DNA from: Bacteroidota bacterium
Lineage (GTDB): Bacteria > Bacteroidota > Bacteroidia > JABEUT01
Length of the DNA stretch: 64,000 bases
Assembly: GCA_013289165.1 (NCBI GenBank)
Contig: JABDAL010000005.1
Location: 846 to 64,845, forward strand
Direction of reading: 5' to 3'
The notes beneath the pieces are model-generated. The model did not search any database. It saw only the letters and a list, made by a program, of their open reading frames with translations, and was not told the origin of the DNA. Below are positions 1 through 8,887 of the stretch, one piece after another; position 1 is the first letter of the stretch; every line of letters begins with the position of its first letter. A program made the position numbers and the translations under genes.

Positions 1-10
1 TGTATACAAA

Positions 11-499
11 ATGCTCAAATACCAGGATTTTATATCAACGCATCTTGCCAAAGGAAATAAAATCCCTTATCGGGTATTTAAAAAGTACTTTTCATTTTTC
101 TCTATAACGGATGATGAAAAAAATAAATTTTACTCATCACAATTTGAACACTACAAGCATGAAATCCTCACTCATTTCAAAGATGATAAGACATATTATT
201 TCGATTCATTTGAAGAAATGATTGACGAAGTGATAGGTGGGGTAATTCATCAAATGTTAGAGAAACCGGAAATAAGGACTGATAAGGTTGCATTTCTTCA
301 TTTGGTATACGGTACTATGAAGACGTATCTTGATGAGAATATGAAAAGTAAGGAAAGGAAAAAATATCTTGATTCCCGTATAAAAACCATTGCCGGATAT
401 ATCGCTTATGTTTTTGGCTATCAAATATCCTATACAGCACCCATTGATAGCAATGGACAAATATTTAATGCCGTCAAATATATATTCCATAAAAAGTAA
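11..499 (+). CDS. hypothetical protein (162 aa)
   Basis: Intact ORF followed directly by a stem-loop plus T-run. No motif recognised. Confidence 0.45.
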   Translation: MLKYQDFISTHLAKGNKIPYRVFKKYFSFFSITDDEKNKFYSSQFEHYKHEILTHFKDDKTYYFDSFEEMIDEVIGGVIHQMLEKPEIRTDKVAFLHLVYGTMKTYLDENMKSKERKKYLDSRIKTIAGYIAYVFGYQISYTAPIDSNGQIFNAVKYIFHKK

Positions 500-529
500 A
501 AGCCCTGATTTAATAAGGGCTTTTACTTT
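498..529 (+). terminator. intrinsic terminator
   Basis: AAAAGCCCT (498-506) pairs with AGGGCTTTT (516-524) across a 9-nt loop, with a T-rich tail. Confidence 0.6.
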
Positions 530-734
530 GCTTTCCCATAAAGGGATTAGGCGTCCGCACGCAGGTACAAATATAAGCATAAATCTAAGTACATAAATTA
601 AGTAGTTAAATTTATGTAGTTCTTTTAACCACCCTACTCCATTCCCATCATAAACAGGCTGTTTAGCTTTGTATAATTAAAGAACGGGTAGTTAGTTTAA
701 ATGCTAAAATAACGGCGTCCGCACGCTGAGAGAT

Positions 735-1913
735 ATGGGTTGGAACCCCATACTATCCACTAAATACAATAGTATGAACTTATCAGAACTATCTGAACGA
801 TTTAACACGCATGATAAATGCGTAGAGCATTTAGAAAAAATCCGTTGGGGCTTTAAGCCTAAGCCCGAATGTCCCTACTGTGGTTCGGATAGTATCTATG
901 TCCGGGGAAGAAAACGAAAATTCAGCAAACAAAGAACCGCCCATATTTATAAAACACCCCGCTATTCCTGTAATAAATGCCACAGGGATTTTACAGTATT
1001 AACCGAAACCATATTCGAGGCTTCTAAAATGCCGTTACAGAAATGGTTTCAGGTCATCGCCCTGATGCTAAACAATCCTAACGGGGTATCGGCAATGAAT
1101 ATTCACATAAACGTTGGTATAACATACCGGACTGCCTGGTATTGCGGTATGAGAATCCGGTGCGCCATGCTTGACCAGCCTGATATGCTTGAAGGGGTGG
1201 TTGAAATGGATGAATCTTATTTTGGAGGCCGTAAGCGCCACCGTCCTGCTTATGCACAGGCATATTTGGGGTATAAAGGAGTGAAGGTGGATGAGTGGGG
1301 TAAGGTAAGTTATAAACGTGGCAGAGGTACGGATAAAGTGAAGGTGGTGGGAGTTGTATCACGGGGTAAGAACGGCAAAATAGGTAAGGTAGCTCTAAAG
1401 GTAGAAAATGACCGGCTGACCGGTGAAACTATGCTTAAGATACTGAAGAAATATGTGAATATAGACAGGAAGAAAACTAAGGTAATGACGGATGAGTTCA
1501 GGGGATACAATGTATTTGATAAGCACCTGCTCCATTATACGGTTAACCACATGAGTAAGGAATATGTACGGCATTTGAAGGGCATTAAAGGCGGCATACA
1601 TACCGGGACTATTGATGCGGTATGGAATATTATCAAAAGTGGAATAAAAGGGCAGTACAGAGTGTTAAGCCGGAAATACCTTCCCTTCTATTTAGCCGAA
1701 GCTGCGTATAAGTACAATCGCAGGGATAAGAAAAGAACCAATGCTCCTTTCAATGAAACTATTGCCAATGCGGTGTTGGAGGAAAAATGCGAGGTTAACT
1801 ATAAACCAAAGAAACATCCTGCACTGCTTGCGTATGGACGTAAAGAGAAGAAAGAAACAAAACGAAAGAGGCATGAGCGTGTTTCCGTTCCAGTAAAAAG
1901 AAAACGAAAATAA
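735..1913 (+). CDS. IS1595-family DDE transposase (N-terminal zinc ribbon plus ISXO2-like catalytic domain). The likely true start is ATG 774.
   Basis: CPYCGS...YSCNKCHRDFTVLTETIFEASKMPLQKWF...GITYRTAWYCGMRIRCAM...VEMDESYFGG...VMTDEFRGY...HTGTIDAVWNIIK...YLAEAAYKYNRR matches the IS1595/ISXO2 transposase pattern. Confidence 0.85.
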   Translation: MGWNPILSTKYNSMNLSELSERFNTHDKCVEHLEKIRWGFKPKPECPYCGSDSIYVRGRKRKFSKQRTAHIYKTPRYSCNKCHRDFTVLTETIFEASKMPLQKWFQVIALMLNNPNGVSAMNIHINVGITYRTAWYCGMRIRCAMLDQPDMLEGVVEMDESYFGGRKRHRPAYAQAYLGYKGVKVDEWGKVSYKRGRGTDKVKVVGVVSRGKNGKIGKVALKVENDRLTGETMLKILKKYVNIDRKKTKVMTDEFRGYNVFDKHLLHYTVNHMSKEYVRHLKGIKGGIHTGTIDAVWNIIKSGIKGQYRVLSRKYLPFYLAEAAYKYNRRDKKRTNAPFNETIANAVLEEKCEVNYKPKKHPALLAYGRKEKKETKRKRHERVSVPVKRKRK

Positions 1914-1932
1914 CATGGAAAAGTTTGGCCCC

Positions 1933-2433
1933 TTATTGTTCAGTATCCGGTTCGCTATCCAATAATTCTATCAGCCATGATTCATTTCCTCTCATCAGGC
2001 AGAATGTTATAATGAATTTTTGTTCTGTAATATCCCCACCTGAAATACTTGATTTTAATAAAGCCCTGCATACAATCACGGAATGATTAGTGTCTATTAT
2101 GGTTTTAACAACTTGTGTAATCTTCCATAAATACCCGAATTTATCACCCCTTATCTTTGCATTCTCAATTTCTCTGGCTATATTTTCTATTGACTTTTTG
2201 TAGGCATTGTAATTGGTAACATTGCCGTTTTCAACGGCTATAAATTCATACTGTAATAAATCGGTTATTTTAGTTGGGTCTGGAGAATCTTCATCCCTCA
2301 TTTTGTTAGATTGGCTAAAATAATCCTGCACTATACTTAATGGGGTTGTGCCATTTACTATTCTTTGAGAATAGATATAAGACGAGACTATTGTTAAAGC
2401 TAATGCTATTATAAACCTGCGTATTGTTTTCAT
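1933..2433 (-). CDS. hypothetical secreted protein (166 aa)
   Basis: N-terminal signal-peptide-like segment MKTIRRFIIALALTIVSSYIYSQ. Its start overlaps the stop of the upstream gene. Confidence 0.5.
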   Translation of the reverse strand: MKTIRRFIIALALTIVSSYIYSQRIVNGTTPLSIVQDYFSQSNKMRDEDSPDPTKITDLLQYEFIAVENGNVTNYNAYKKSIENIAREIENAKIRGDKFGYLWKITQVVKTIIDTNHSVIVCRALLKSSISGGDITEQKFIITFCLMRGNESWLIELLDSEPDTEQ

Positions 2434-2804
2434 CTTTTGCTTTTTAGAAGTAAGGTGGCTAATTCATTTTTGGCGATTTTCTGCATAATAACCGTACCAG
2501 CTTTTTTCCCCGTATATTGATTATCACCGCCCTTTTCTTCCGCACTGGTAGCAATTATATCTCCGGTCTTTGTATCAATAATAATTAGGTGGCCTCTTGT
2601 TCTTTCAGTAGAAGATTTTTCTACAATACACTCTATTGTGTACTCTGAGTTTTCCCGTTTTGTAGTAACTTTTTGATTCAATTCTATTAGCTTGTCAATA
2701 ATGGGCTGTTCATAGGTTTGATTCTCCTTTACATAGTATGTTTGAGCATGGGTCATAGTTCCCAATAGCAGCGACAATACAAGTATTAAAAGTTTTGCTT
2801 GCAT
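2430..2804 (-). CDS. hypothetical secreted protein (124 aa)
   Basis: Signal peptide MQAKLLILVLSLLLGTMTHAQ. Lies in an operon-like arrangement downstream of the beta-barrel gene. Confidence 0.5.
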   Translation of the reverse strand: MQAKLLILVLSLLLGTMTHAQTYYVKENQTYEQPIIDKLIELNQKVTTKRENSEYTIECIVEKSSTERTRGHLIIIDTKTGDIIATSAEEKGGDNQYTGKKAGTVIMQKIAKNELATLLLKSKR

Positions 2805-2824
2805 AAAAATTTCAGTTTTAGTTT

Positions 2825-3595
2825 TTATTTTCTTCCAAACACATACCCTATGCCGAACGTTGCGTTTTCTAAGGTGAATTTCTGCCTGTAAGTATATGGT
2901 ACACTCACTGTATTTCCATAATTTGTATTGATTTGTGTTAAGGTCGGGGTAAATGACGGATTGGCTGATAGGTAATCATAATCCAACCGTAAACAGAAAT
3001 GATGGGAAACGTTCCAGCGCAACCCGATTCCAATATCAAAAGCAAAAGCAGTACTATTACTGGAACTCTGATTGAAGTTCGTGACTGTATCTACATTATT
3101 ATCTGTTACAGTATAGTTTATGGCGGGATAACTGGCAAACATAAACCCACCCATAAATCTATAATCAAAAACGAAATTATGTATTGGTATTGTACCATAT
3201 AGTCCGATTAATGCAGTTTCACCATGATAGCCACCTGAATTAATAACTTCTACATCATAACCTGGACTATTGGCAACAAAATTATTCGAGTATGACTGTA
3301 TATCATAGCCATTGCTGAAATTATCAAATTTTAAAGCTATTACAAAATTGGAATGATTGATAGGAATACCTGCCGATATATCAATGATGGAGCCGGATTG
3401 AGCGTAGCCGCTTGCCGTCGAATTACTGGTAGAACCATAATCCCCCAATGGCATAGCTGAACCGAAGCCAAGAGCTATGAACCCCGTCGTCGGGTTATCA
3501 GATACCGGTGCAGGTGGTGGGGTATTTTGTGCTTGTGAACTGCATTGAAACAGTAAAAACAGTGAGAGGGATAAAAATGTAGTTTTCATGGGCAT
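2825..3595 (-). CDS. outer-membrane beta-barrel (porin-family-like) protein. The likely start is the second Met at 3589.
   Basis: Signal peptide, alternating aromatic/hydrophilic beta-strand pattern, Gly/Asn/Ser/Tyr-rich, C-terminal ...ATFGIGYVFGRK. Confidence 0.55.
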   Translation of the reverse strand: MPMKTTFLSLSLFLLFQCSSQAQNTPPPAPVSDNPTTGFIALGFGSAMPLGDYGSTSNSTASGYAQSGSIIDISAGIPINHSNFVIALKFDNFSNGYDIQSYSNNFVANSPGYDVEVINSGGYHGETALIGLYGTIPIHNFVFDYRFMGGFMFASYPAINYTVTDNNVDTVTNFNQSSSNSTAFAFDIGIGLRWNVSHHFCLRLDYDYLSANPSFTPTLTQINTNYGNTVSVPYTYRQKFTLENATFGIGYVFGRK

Positions 3596-3840
3596 TGTTT
3601 TTGTTTCCCCAATGTCCCGAACAGGGGGTTATTTGTAAAAAAATCAGCGTGGGACATTTATCTTATCGCATCTGAGGTACTTAGACAGACCTAATTTACA
3701 AATAAGTAAAGCCCACGCTTTGACGTGAGCGTATAACTTATCCTTGTAAATTGCCGGAGATTGTCTAAGTTTCCAGAAGCAAGAAAGCTAACGCTGATAT
3801 GTTAGTTAATTCTTTGTATTTATATCATTCATCTGTATTT
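3596..3840 (-). ncRNA. candidate structured 5' leader / cis-regulatory RNA, copy 1 (paralog of 39576-39822)
   Basis: About 75-80 % identical to copy 2, while the adjacent proteins are barely alignable. Helices H1, H3 and H4 show compensatory changes between copies. The minus strand is inferred only from the conserved upstream -7 box. Confidence 0.5.
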
Positions 3841-3847
3841 TGAGATA

Positions 3848-3855
3848 CAAATATA
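3848..3855 (-). promoter_or_regulatory. putative Bacteroidota -7 promoter box TATATTTG (TAnnTTTG)
   Basis: The complement of CAAATATA lies inside a 17-nt block, ACAAATATAGAAATATT, that is identical in both copies. It sits exactly 42 nt from the CTAAC..GTTAG hairpin in both. Confidence 0.4.
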
Positions 3856-4121
3856 GAAATATTGTTAATATGTCGGCTAAACAACAACCTTCTGAATATC
3901 TGTATTGTTAATAATAATCTATTGAGCATGTTTTCTAACTAAGGTAGGAATTAAGGTAGAAGTTTAATGATATTAACAATAAAATATTATTTTACTTTGG
4001 GTATAATTCGCAGGAATTGTACTTATATTTGAAGCCATATATTTTATATGGGACATGGGTATTATTTTTTCATCTGATAAAATTCCGTTTCTTTGGGTTA
4101 TAAATTCAAAACCCAAATACT

Positions 4122-4688
4122 ATGGAAGACAAAAAGAAATTCTGGATAAACATAATGGTGGTTGTTACATCGGCCATCCTAACCGCATTCGCTACGGTGT
4201 TTAGTAATGAGCTACATAATATATTTACTCATGCCGATATATGGGCTGATATTTTTGTGGTAACACTTCGAATTATTCTCTTAATGGTTTTAGTATGGGC
4301 ATTAGTGAATGTAATCACTTTTAAAAAGCTGGCTGCATTATCAGCACAAAATAATTGCGCGAAGGAACTTAAAGAACTGGAAGAAGTATTTGAGGATTAT
4401 AAGAAAAAAAACGATGAAACGTTACGGCAGCTCATAAGCGGAGAAACTACGTTGAAAGGAGTATTAGACGTTAGGGAGGATGTTTATAAAGTAATGAATG
4501 GTAAATTCACGGATTTGGAAGGCAGGTTAAAAGACGAGTTCTATTTTATCCGGCTTAAGTCAAGATTTCATACTGCCGGCGGTTTAGACTGGAATTATCA
4601 AAATGAGCACGAAAATCCCAATATGAAAAATATTTATTCGGATGATGAAAAAATACAAATCAGAGACCACAAAGCATGGAAATTTTAA
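4122..4688 (+). CDS. small membrane protein (188 aa; two N-terminal TM helices plus a coiled-coil-like tail)
   Basis: Hydrophobic segments INIMVVVTSAILTAFATVF and VVTLRIILLMVLVWALVNVITF, with a charged C-terminal half. Flanked by the cassette repeat. Confidence 0.5.
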   Translation: MEDKKKFWINIMVVVTSAILTAFATVFSNELHNIFTHADIWADIFVVTLRIILLMVLVWALVNVITFKKLAALSAQNNCAKELKELEEVFEDYKKKNDETLRQLISGETTLKGVLDVREDVYKVMNGKFTDLEGRLKDEFYFIRLKSRFHTAGGLDWNYQNEHENPNMKNIYSDDEKIQIRDHKAWKF

Positions 4689-4693
4689 AAATT

Positions 4694-4735
4694 AAATGCC
4701 GTTATTTCCTATGAAAACCGTCAAAATTCCGTTTC
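4694..4735 (+). repeat. 42-nt inter-cassette direct repeat, copy 2
   Basis: AAATGCCGTTATTTCCTATGAAAACCGTCAAAATTCCGTTTC matches 5233-5274 at 40/42 positions. The 3' 13 nt, AAAATTCCGTTTC, also occur at 4069-4081. Confidence 0.85.
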
Positions 4736-4765
4736 TTTGGGGTGTAAATTATACACCTAAACATC

Positions 4766-5233
4766 ATGAAAAAAACATGGAAGCAAGTAGCAATAGGAGT
4801 TGTTAGCTCTTTAATAGCATCTGTTATATGGAATCAAATATTATCCCCAACCCCTTTAAAAATAGCTGATATGACGATTGGGACTATCTTACATTTTATG
4901 CTTGTTAATTTTATCCCAATGATTTTTATGACTATCTCTATTATTGCACTTATACGTGCTAACTATCTAAAAAGCATAATGCTACCGAATATTAAATTGA
5001 TTGAAGCGAAATATGGTATTCCCAATACAACAAGCGTTACTGATGTGACACAGCTAATCCAAGATGAAATAAGTGCAGGACATTATACATTATCGGCAGC
5101 TAATTATATACTTTGCGGTAAACAAGACCCTGCACCCGGAGTCCGCGATAAAGTCCTCATCATAAAATACAAACTTGGAGGGAGAGAAAAAACCGTTATA
5201 AAAAAGGAAGAAGAATCAATTTCACTTTACTAA
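4766..5233 (+). CDS. small membrane protein (155 aa; N-terminal TM helices plus a soluble C-terminal domain)
   Basis: TM segments VAIGVVSSLIASVIW and GTILHFMLVNFIPMIFMTISIIALI. The C-terminal motif AKYG...DVT...QDPAPGVRDKVLIIKYKLGG is present. Confidence 0.5.
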   Translation: MKKTWKQVAIGVVSSLIASVIWNQILSPTPLKIADMTIGTILHFMLVNFIPMIFMTISIIALIRANYLKSIMLPNIKLIEAKYGIPNTTSVTDVTQLIQDEISAGHYTLSAANYILCGKQDPAPGVRDKVLIIKYKLGGREKTVIKKEEESISLY

Positions 5234-5274
5234 AATGCCGTTATTTCCTATGAAAACTGTGAAAATTCCGTTTC
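5233..5274 (+). repeat. 42-nt inter-cassette direct repeat, copy 3 (no ORF follows)
   Basis: 40/42 identical to 4694-4735. Confidence 0.85.
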
Positions 5275-5372
5275 AATGTATATAGGTGGCAACTTATATT
5301 ATACTGTAGAGTGTTTAAGGCAATCAACCGGGTTTTCCTTCGTAATTGTAAATGAAAAATCTGAATAAATCC

Positions 5373-6518
5373 TTACACGGCCTTTAGTAAAACGGAGGGA
5401 CGGTACCTGTCTTCACCGTATAATTTTTGTAATTCTTCGAGTGTTTTTAAAACATTTTCTATTCCAATTTCTTCCCCCCACATTATAAGGCCTTTTGGGT
5501 AGTTTACCCCTTTTGTCATAGCTGTTTCCAAATCGTCTTTTGCAGCTATTTTATAATAAAGGGCTTCATAAGCTTCATTGATAAGCATGGCAATTATCCG
5601 CCGGAATATCATTTTACCTGTTTTTTCATCTTTAATAGGGTGCAGAGGTTCAGCCCCCGGCGAATAGTCATAATATCCCCTGCCTGTTTTCCTTCCCAAA
5701 AAACCTGCTTCAAATAGTCTTTTTTGGATAAGAGAGGGCCTATAACGCGGATCGTAAAAGAATTGGCTCCATATTGTTTCTGTAACAGCATAGTTAACAT
5801 CATTGCCTATAAAATCCATTAATTCAAAAGGACCCATTTTAAAACCACCTATGTCCTTCATTGCCCAGTCTATAGTAGCAATATCTGCTATTCCCTCTTC
5901 ATATATTCTAATGGCTTCTCCATAAAAAGGACGCGCCACTCTGTTAACTATGAAACCTGGTGTATCTTTTGCAATTACGGTAGTTTTCCCCCAAGATTTA
6001 ATAGTTTCATTTGCCTTATTTAGTATCACATTATTAGTACCGAGTCCGGGAATTACTTCTACCAGTGGCATTATTGGGACAGGATTAAAAAAATGTATCC
6101 CTAAAAATCTATCACTTGTTTTACAAGCTGAGGCAATTGCGGTAACGGAAATAGAGGATGTATTGGTAGCAAGTATTGCCGATGGCTTACAGGTTTCTTC
6201 CAATTTTTTAAATATTTCCTTCTTTATCGTCAAGTCTTCTATCGCAGCTTCTATTACTATATCACAGGCAACAAAATCATTTAAAGAATTTGCAATCCTT
6301 ATTCTTTCTACTATTTCGTTACATTGAGATAGATTGATTTTTCCTTTTTCAACAAGCATCTCTAATGTTGACTTAATCTTTTCCACGGCCCTCGCTGAAG
6401 CTCCATCTAAAGAATCATACAATAGTACATTATGGCCCGATACAGCCGCAAGCTGGGCTATACCACTCCCCATTGTCCCGGCTCCTATAACTCCAATGGC
6501 TTCTTTCCTGTTTTCCAT
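5373..6518 (-). CDS. 3-hydroxyacyl-CoA (3-hydroxybutyryl-CoA) dehydrogenase
   Basis: Rossmann motif [15 protein letters not shown], plus NTSS, HFFNP and the GFIVNR signature of the HAD family. Confidence 0.85.
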   Translation of the reverse strand: MENRKEAIGVIGAGTMGSGIAQLAAVSGHNVLLYDSLDGASARAVEKIKSTLEMLVEKGKINLSQCNEIVERIRIANSLNDFVACDIVIEAAIEDLTIKKEIFKKLEETCKPSAILATNTSSISVTAIASACKTSDRFLGIHFFNPVPIMPLVEVIPGLGTNNVILNKANETIKSWGKTTVIAKDTPGFIVNRVARPFYGEAIRIYEEGIADIATIDWAMKDIGGFKMGPFELMDFIGNDVNYAVTETIWSQFFYDPRYRPSLIQKRLFEAGFLGRKTGRGYYDYSPGAEPLHPIKDEKTGKMIFRRIIAMLINEAYEALYYKIAAKDDLETAMTKGVNYPKGLIMWGEEIGIENVLKTLEELQKLYGEDRYRPSVLLKAV

Positions 6519-6519
6519 A

Positions 6520-7602
6520 TTATTCTGATTTGTATTCTGTTAAAATGCTTACTACTGTTTCAGCCCATGTATGCGGAGTTATAGTGTGTGCCAACTCGCT
6601 GCTAGTGTTTCCCATTTGGATTAATTCCTCATCTTTTAAAGAAGCTATTTTTATAAAGCACTCTTTTATTACATTTATGTTGCCTTTTTTAAAAATGAAT
6701 CCGTTTTTGCCATTCCTTACAAATGCTTCCGAAGCGCCAACAGCATCGGAACAAATGAGTGGAAATCCTGCTGCCGCAAATTCATGCAAAACAACACCCC
6801 ATGGCTCAAAGTGACTAGGCAAAATAAACACACCTGTTTCCTGTATAAATTTCTCCATATCGGAAGGCTGAACAAATCCAAAATGTTTTATGCCATCAAA
6901 CTCTATGGGATTTAGATTTCCTGTTCCAAGACACCACAACTCCCAATTTGAGCTCGTTTCCTTTTTCCATTCAATGAATGCAGCCCAAAGGTCAGGAAGC
7001 CCTTTCAGAAAAGTATACCGGCCCACATAGATAAACCTTCTGGGAAACATTTTCTTTTTATCATCCGCATATTTTAACCCTAATTGGTTGTAATATTCAA
7101 AATCGGCAGCATAAATCCCTGTTTTTATATTTTGCTTCTTAAAGCCAAGTTTGAGGGCATATTTCTCCTGCCTTTCCCCAGGGACCCAGCAGTGTGTAAA
7201 TATTTTTTGAAGTGTAAAATAACTAAGAAAACAAGCTACATATTGCTTTATGCGGTTTTGCCAAGGAGTATCTACGCCAATTACCGTTGGAATTTTTTTT
7301 TTGAATCTGGAAATAATTTTAAGATAATCCTTATCGAGCCACCCGCTACAATAGACAAAATCCGGTTCAAAGGATTCAATCTTCTTTGCTAATTCACCAA
7401 TCTCTATTAAATTTTTAGGATAAAACTTTATATGCTCCGGAAATGAAAAACTAAATGGTGCTTCTTTATTGATATCCCAATGAATAACATAAATTTCAAA
7501 ATCATCTATTTGACGGAGCTCTTTAAGGCATGCCAGAAAATACCCCGAGAGCTCAGTGTAAAGGAATAACAGTCGTGGCTTCGAGTGGGAATATTTCATC
7601 AT
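6520..7602 (-). CDS. glycosyltransferase (GT4/GT1-like)
   Basis: C-terminal ...[26 protein letters not shown]... matches the E-x7-E type GT-B motif. Confidence 0.8.
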   Translation of the reverse strand: MMKYSHSKPRLLFLYTELSGYFLACLKELRQIDDFEIYVIHWDINKEAPFSFSFPEHIKFYPKNLIEIGELAKKIESFEPDFVYCSGWLDKDYLKIISRFKKKIPTVIGVDTPWQNRIKQYVACFLSYFTLQKIFTHCWVPGERQEKYALKLGFKKQNIKTGIYAADFEYYNQLGLKYADDKKKMFPRRFIYVGRYTFLKGLPDLWAAFIEWKKETSSNWELWCLGTGNLNPIEFDGIKHFGFVQPSDMEKFIQETGVFILPSHFEPWGVVLHEFAAAGFPLICSDAVGASEAFVRNGKNGFIFKKGNINVIKECFIKIASLKDEELIQMGNTSSELAHTITPHTWAETVVSILTEYKSE

Positions 7603-8887
7603 TAGTCAACACAGTTAAGAATATAACAATAATACAGGTAAAAGGATTTAACGATGCGGTGAGATATGATTCAAATACTGCTGAGAACAATATGGCAAAT
7701 AAAGCGGCCACTACCACCTTATTCCGGCGTGCAGCCACTAAAAATGTTCCTATAAACGCATATAAAAACAAAAGCAAGCCAATAAGCCCTGTATCCAACC
7801 AAAAAGTAAGGAACGAGCTATGTGCATTTCCATTATGCCCCAAGGCATTCAGTGCATCCTGATTGGTATGAAACACGTAATCAGTATATTCAAAGCCATG
7901 GCCAAGGAAAATATTACTGGAAATATGATCCCATGCAAATTGCCATGCTATGTATCTTCCTGCCGCATCATTCAAACTCCCCACCCTGAAATAATTTTCA
8001 AGACCGAGCGATTTTACAATATCTACAATGTGTGCATCAATATACCCATAGGCAGAAACAACAAGAAGAAATACGATAAATCCAAAAAATGTGGACAGAC
8101 TTGTCAAATATGAAAACATAATATACACTAAAATGGCAACAATGGTATTTCTTGAACCACACAAGAACACCGATCCAAAGAGCAACAAGTAAAAAAGAAT
8201 CTTTTCCCATCGGCTAAATAATTCGGGAAAGGATAGAGTAGTCAATGCAAACAAAAGAAACACCGTTAAGCAATAAAGCCCCATGCCATTAGGATTACCC
8301 ATTAATCCTCTATATCTCTCATCAAAGGTTACCAAGTCAGGTAAGGTCACTTTAAGGAGAAGCCCAAAAGATAAAACAAATATGGCGACATAAATAAGAA
8401 GCTTTAAAAAATCAAGTCCATCATCCCTATAACTCTTATTTACATAGTTTGGAACCATATATATTAGAATAAAATAGGATAGTGTTTTTGAGAAAGATTC
8501 AATAAAAATACTATATGGTGCATATAGTAAACAGTATAGTGCCACTACAAAAAAGGGAACAAATCGTGAATAAAACTTACTTAAAGGGGAAAACTTTCTT
8601 ATATCAAAAAACAAGAATATTACGAGAAGTATCATACAGGCGTACTTTGCTCCATCGAAACCATTGACAGTAACAATTTGCCCATGGCTGAATTTTCCTA
8701 GTGCATTATCTGACATAGTGCATAAAAACCATAGTCCGGCAATCATTTCTGTATACCTGTTTTTGGCCTTCAAAAGAAACATACTTAACACTACAACAGT
8801 AATATTAAGCGGACCTGAAACAAGAGAAGCCCCTATCCATATTATAAGTAAAAGGAAAAAATGACGGTATTTTGCAACTATAGCCAC
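7553..8887 (-). CDS. O-antigen ligase / polymerase family (Wzy_C-like) membrane protein
   Basis: Polytopic membrane protein with GSRNT and a periplasmic loop, HNGNAHSSFL... Confidence 0.7.
   Translation of the reverse strand: MAIVAKYRHFFLLLIIWIGASLVSGPLNITVVVLSMFLLKAKNRYTEMIAGLWFLCTMSDNALGKFSHGQIVTVNGFDGAKYACMILLVIFLFFDIRKFSPLSKFYSRFVPFFVVALYCLLYAPYSIFIESFSKTLSYFILIYMVPNYVNKSYRDDGLDFLKLLIYVAIFVLSFGLLLKVTLPDLVTFDERYRGLMGNPNGMGLYCLTVFLLFALTTLSFPELFSRWEKILFYLLLFGSVFLCGSRNTIVAILVYIMFSYLTSLSTFFGFIVFLLVVSAYGYIDAHIVDIVKSLGLENYFRVGSLNDAAGRYIAWQFAWDHISSNIFLGHGFEYTDYVFHTNQDALNALGHNGNAHSSFLTFWLDTGLIGLLLFLYAFIGTFLVAARRNKVVVAALFAILFSAVFESYLTASLNPFTCIIVIFLTVLTNDEIFPLEATTVIPLH

Noticed and set aside
257-596. 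ORFs 257-580 (minus) and 390-596 (plus) overlapping ORF 11-499 and its terminator.
   Set aside because: They overlap the better-supported ORF and run across the terminator hairpin.
735-1913. Whether the 392-aa ORF could be a TnpB/IscB-type RNA-guided nuclease, with the structured block as its guide RNA.
   Set aside because: The protein has the IS1595 zinc-ribbon plus DDE-type core and no RuvC/HNH motifs. The structured blocks are 1.7 kb away or in another element, and each abuts a beta-barrel gene instead.
3596-3840. The structured block as a known housekeeping RNA (RNase P, tmRNA, SRP, 6S) or a group II intron or retron fragment.
   Set aside because: None of the diagnostic conserved sequences I know for those RNAs are present. 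There are two copies in accessory or mobile contexts, and no reverse transcriptase gene is nearby.
4050-5290. The 42-nt repeats considered as a CRISPR array or as integron attC sites.
   Set aside because: There are only 2-3 copies, spaced 500-640 bp apart, with ORFs between them, so this is not a CRISPR array. The repeat is not an imperfect palindrome with R/L boxes, and no intI-like integrase is present. It is kept only as a generic cassette-like repeat.
5288-5300. GGCAACT at 5288 matches the first 7 nt of the cargo-element terminus and could mark a boundary of patch 1.
   Set aside because: Only 7 nt match and the orientation is wrong for a right end. Several such 7-mers are expected by chance in 64 kb.
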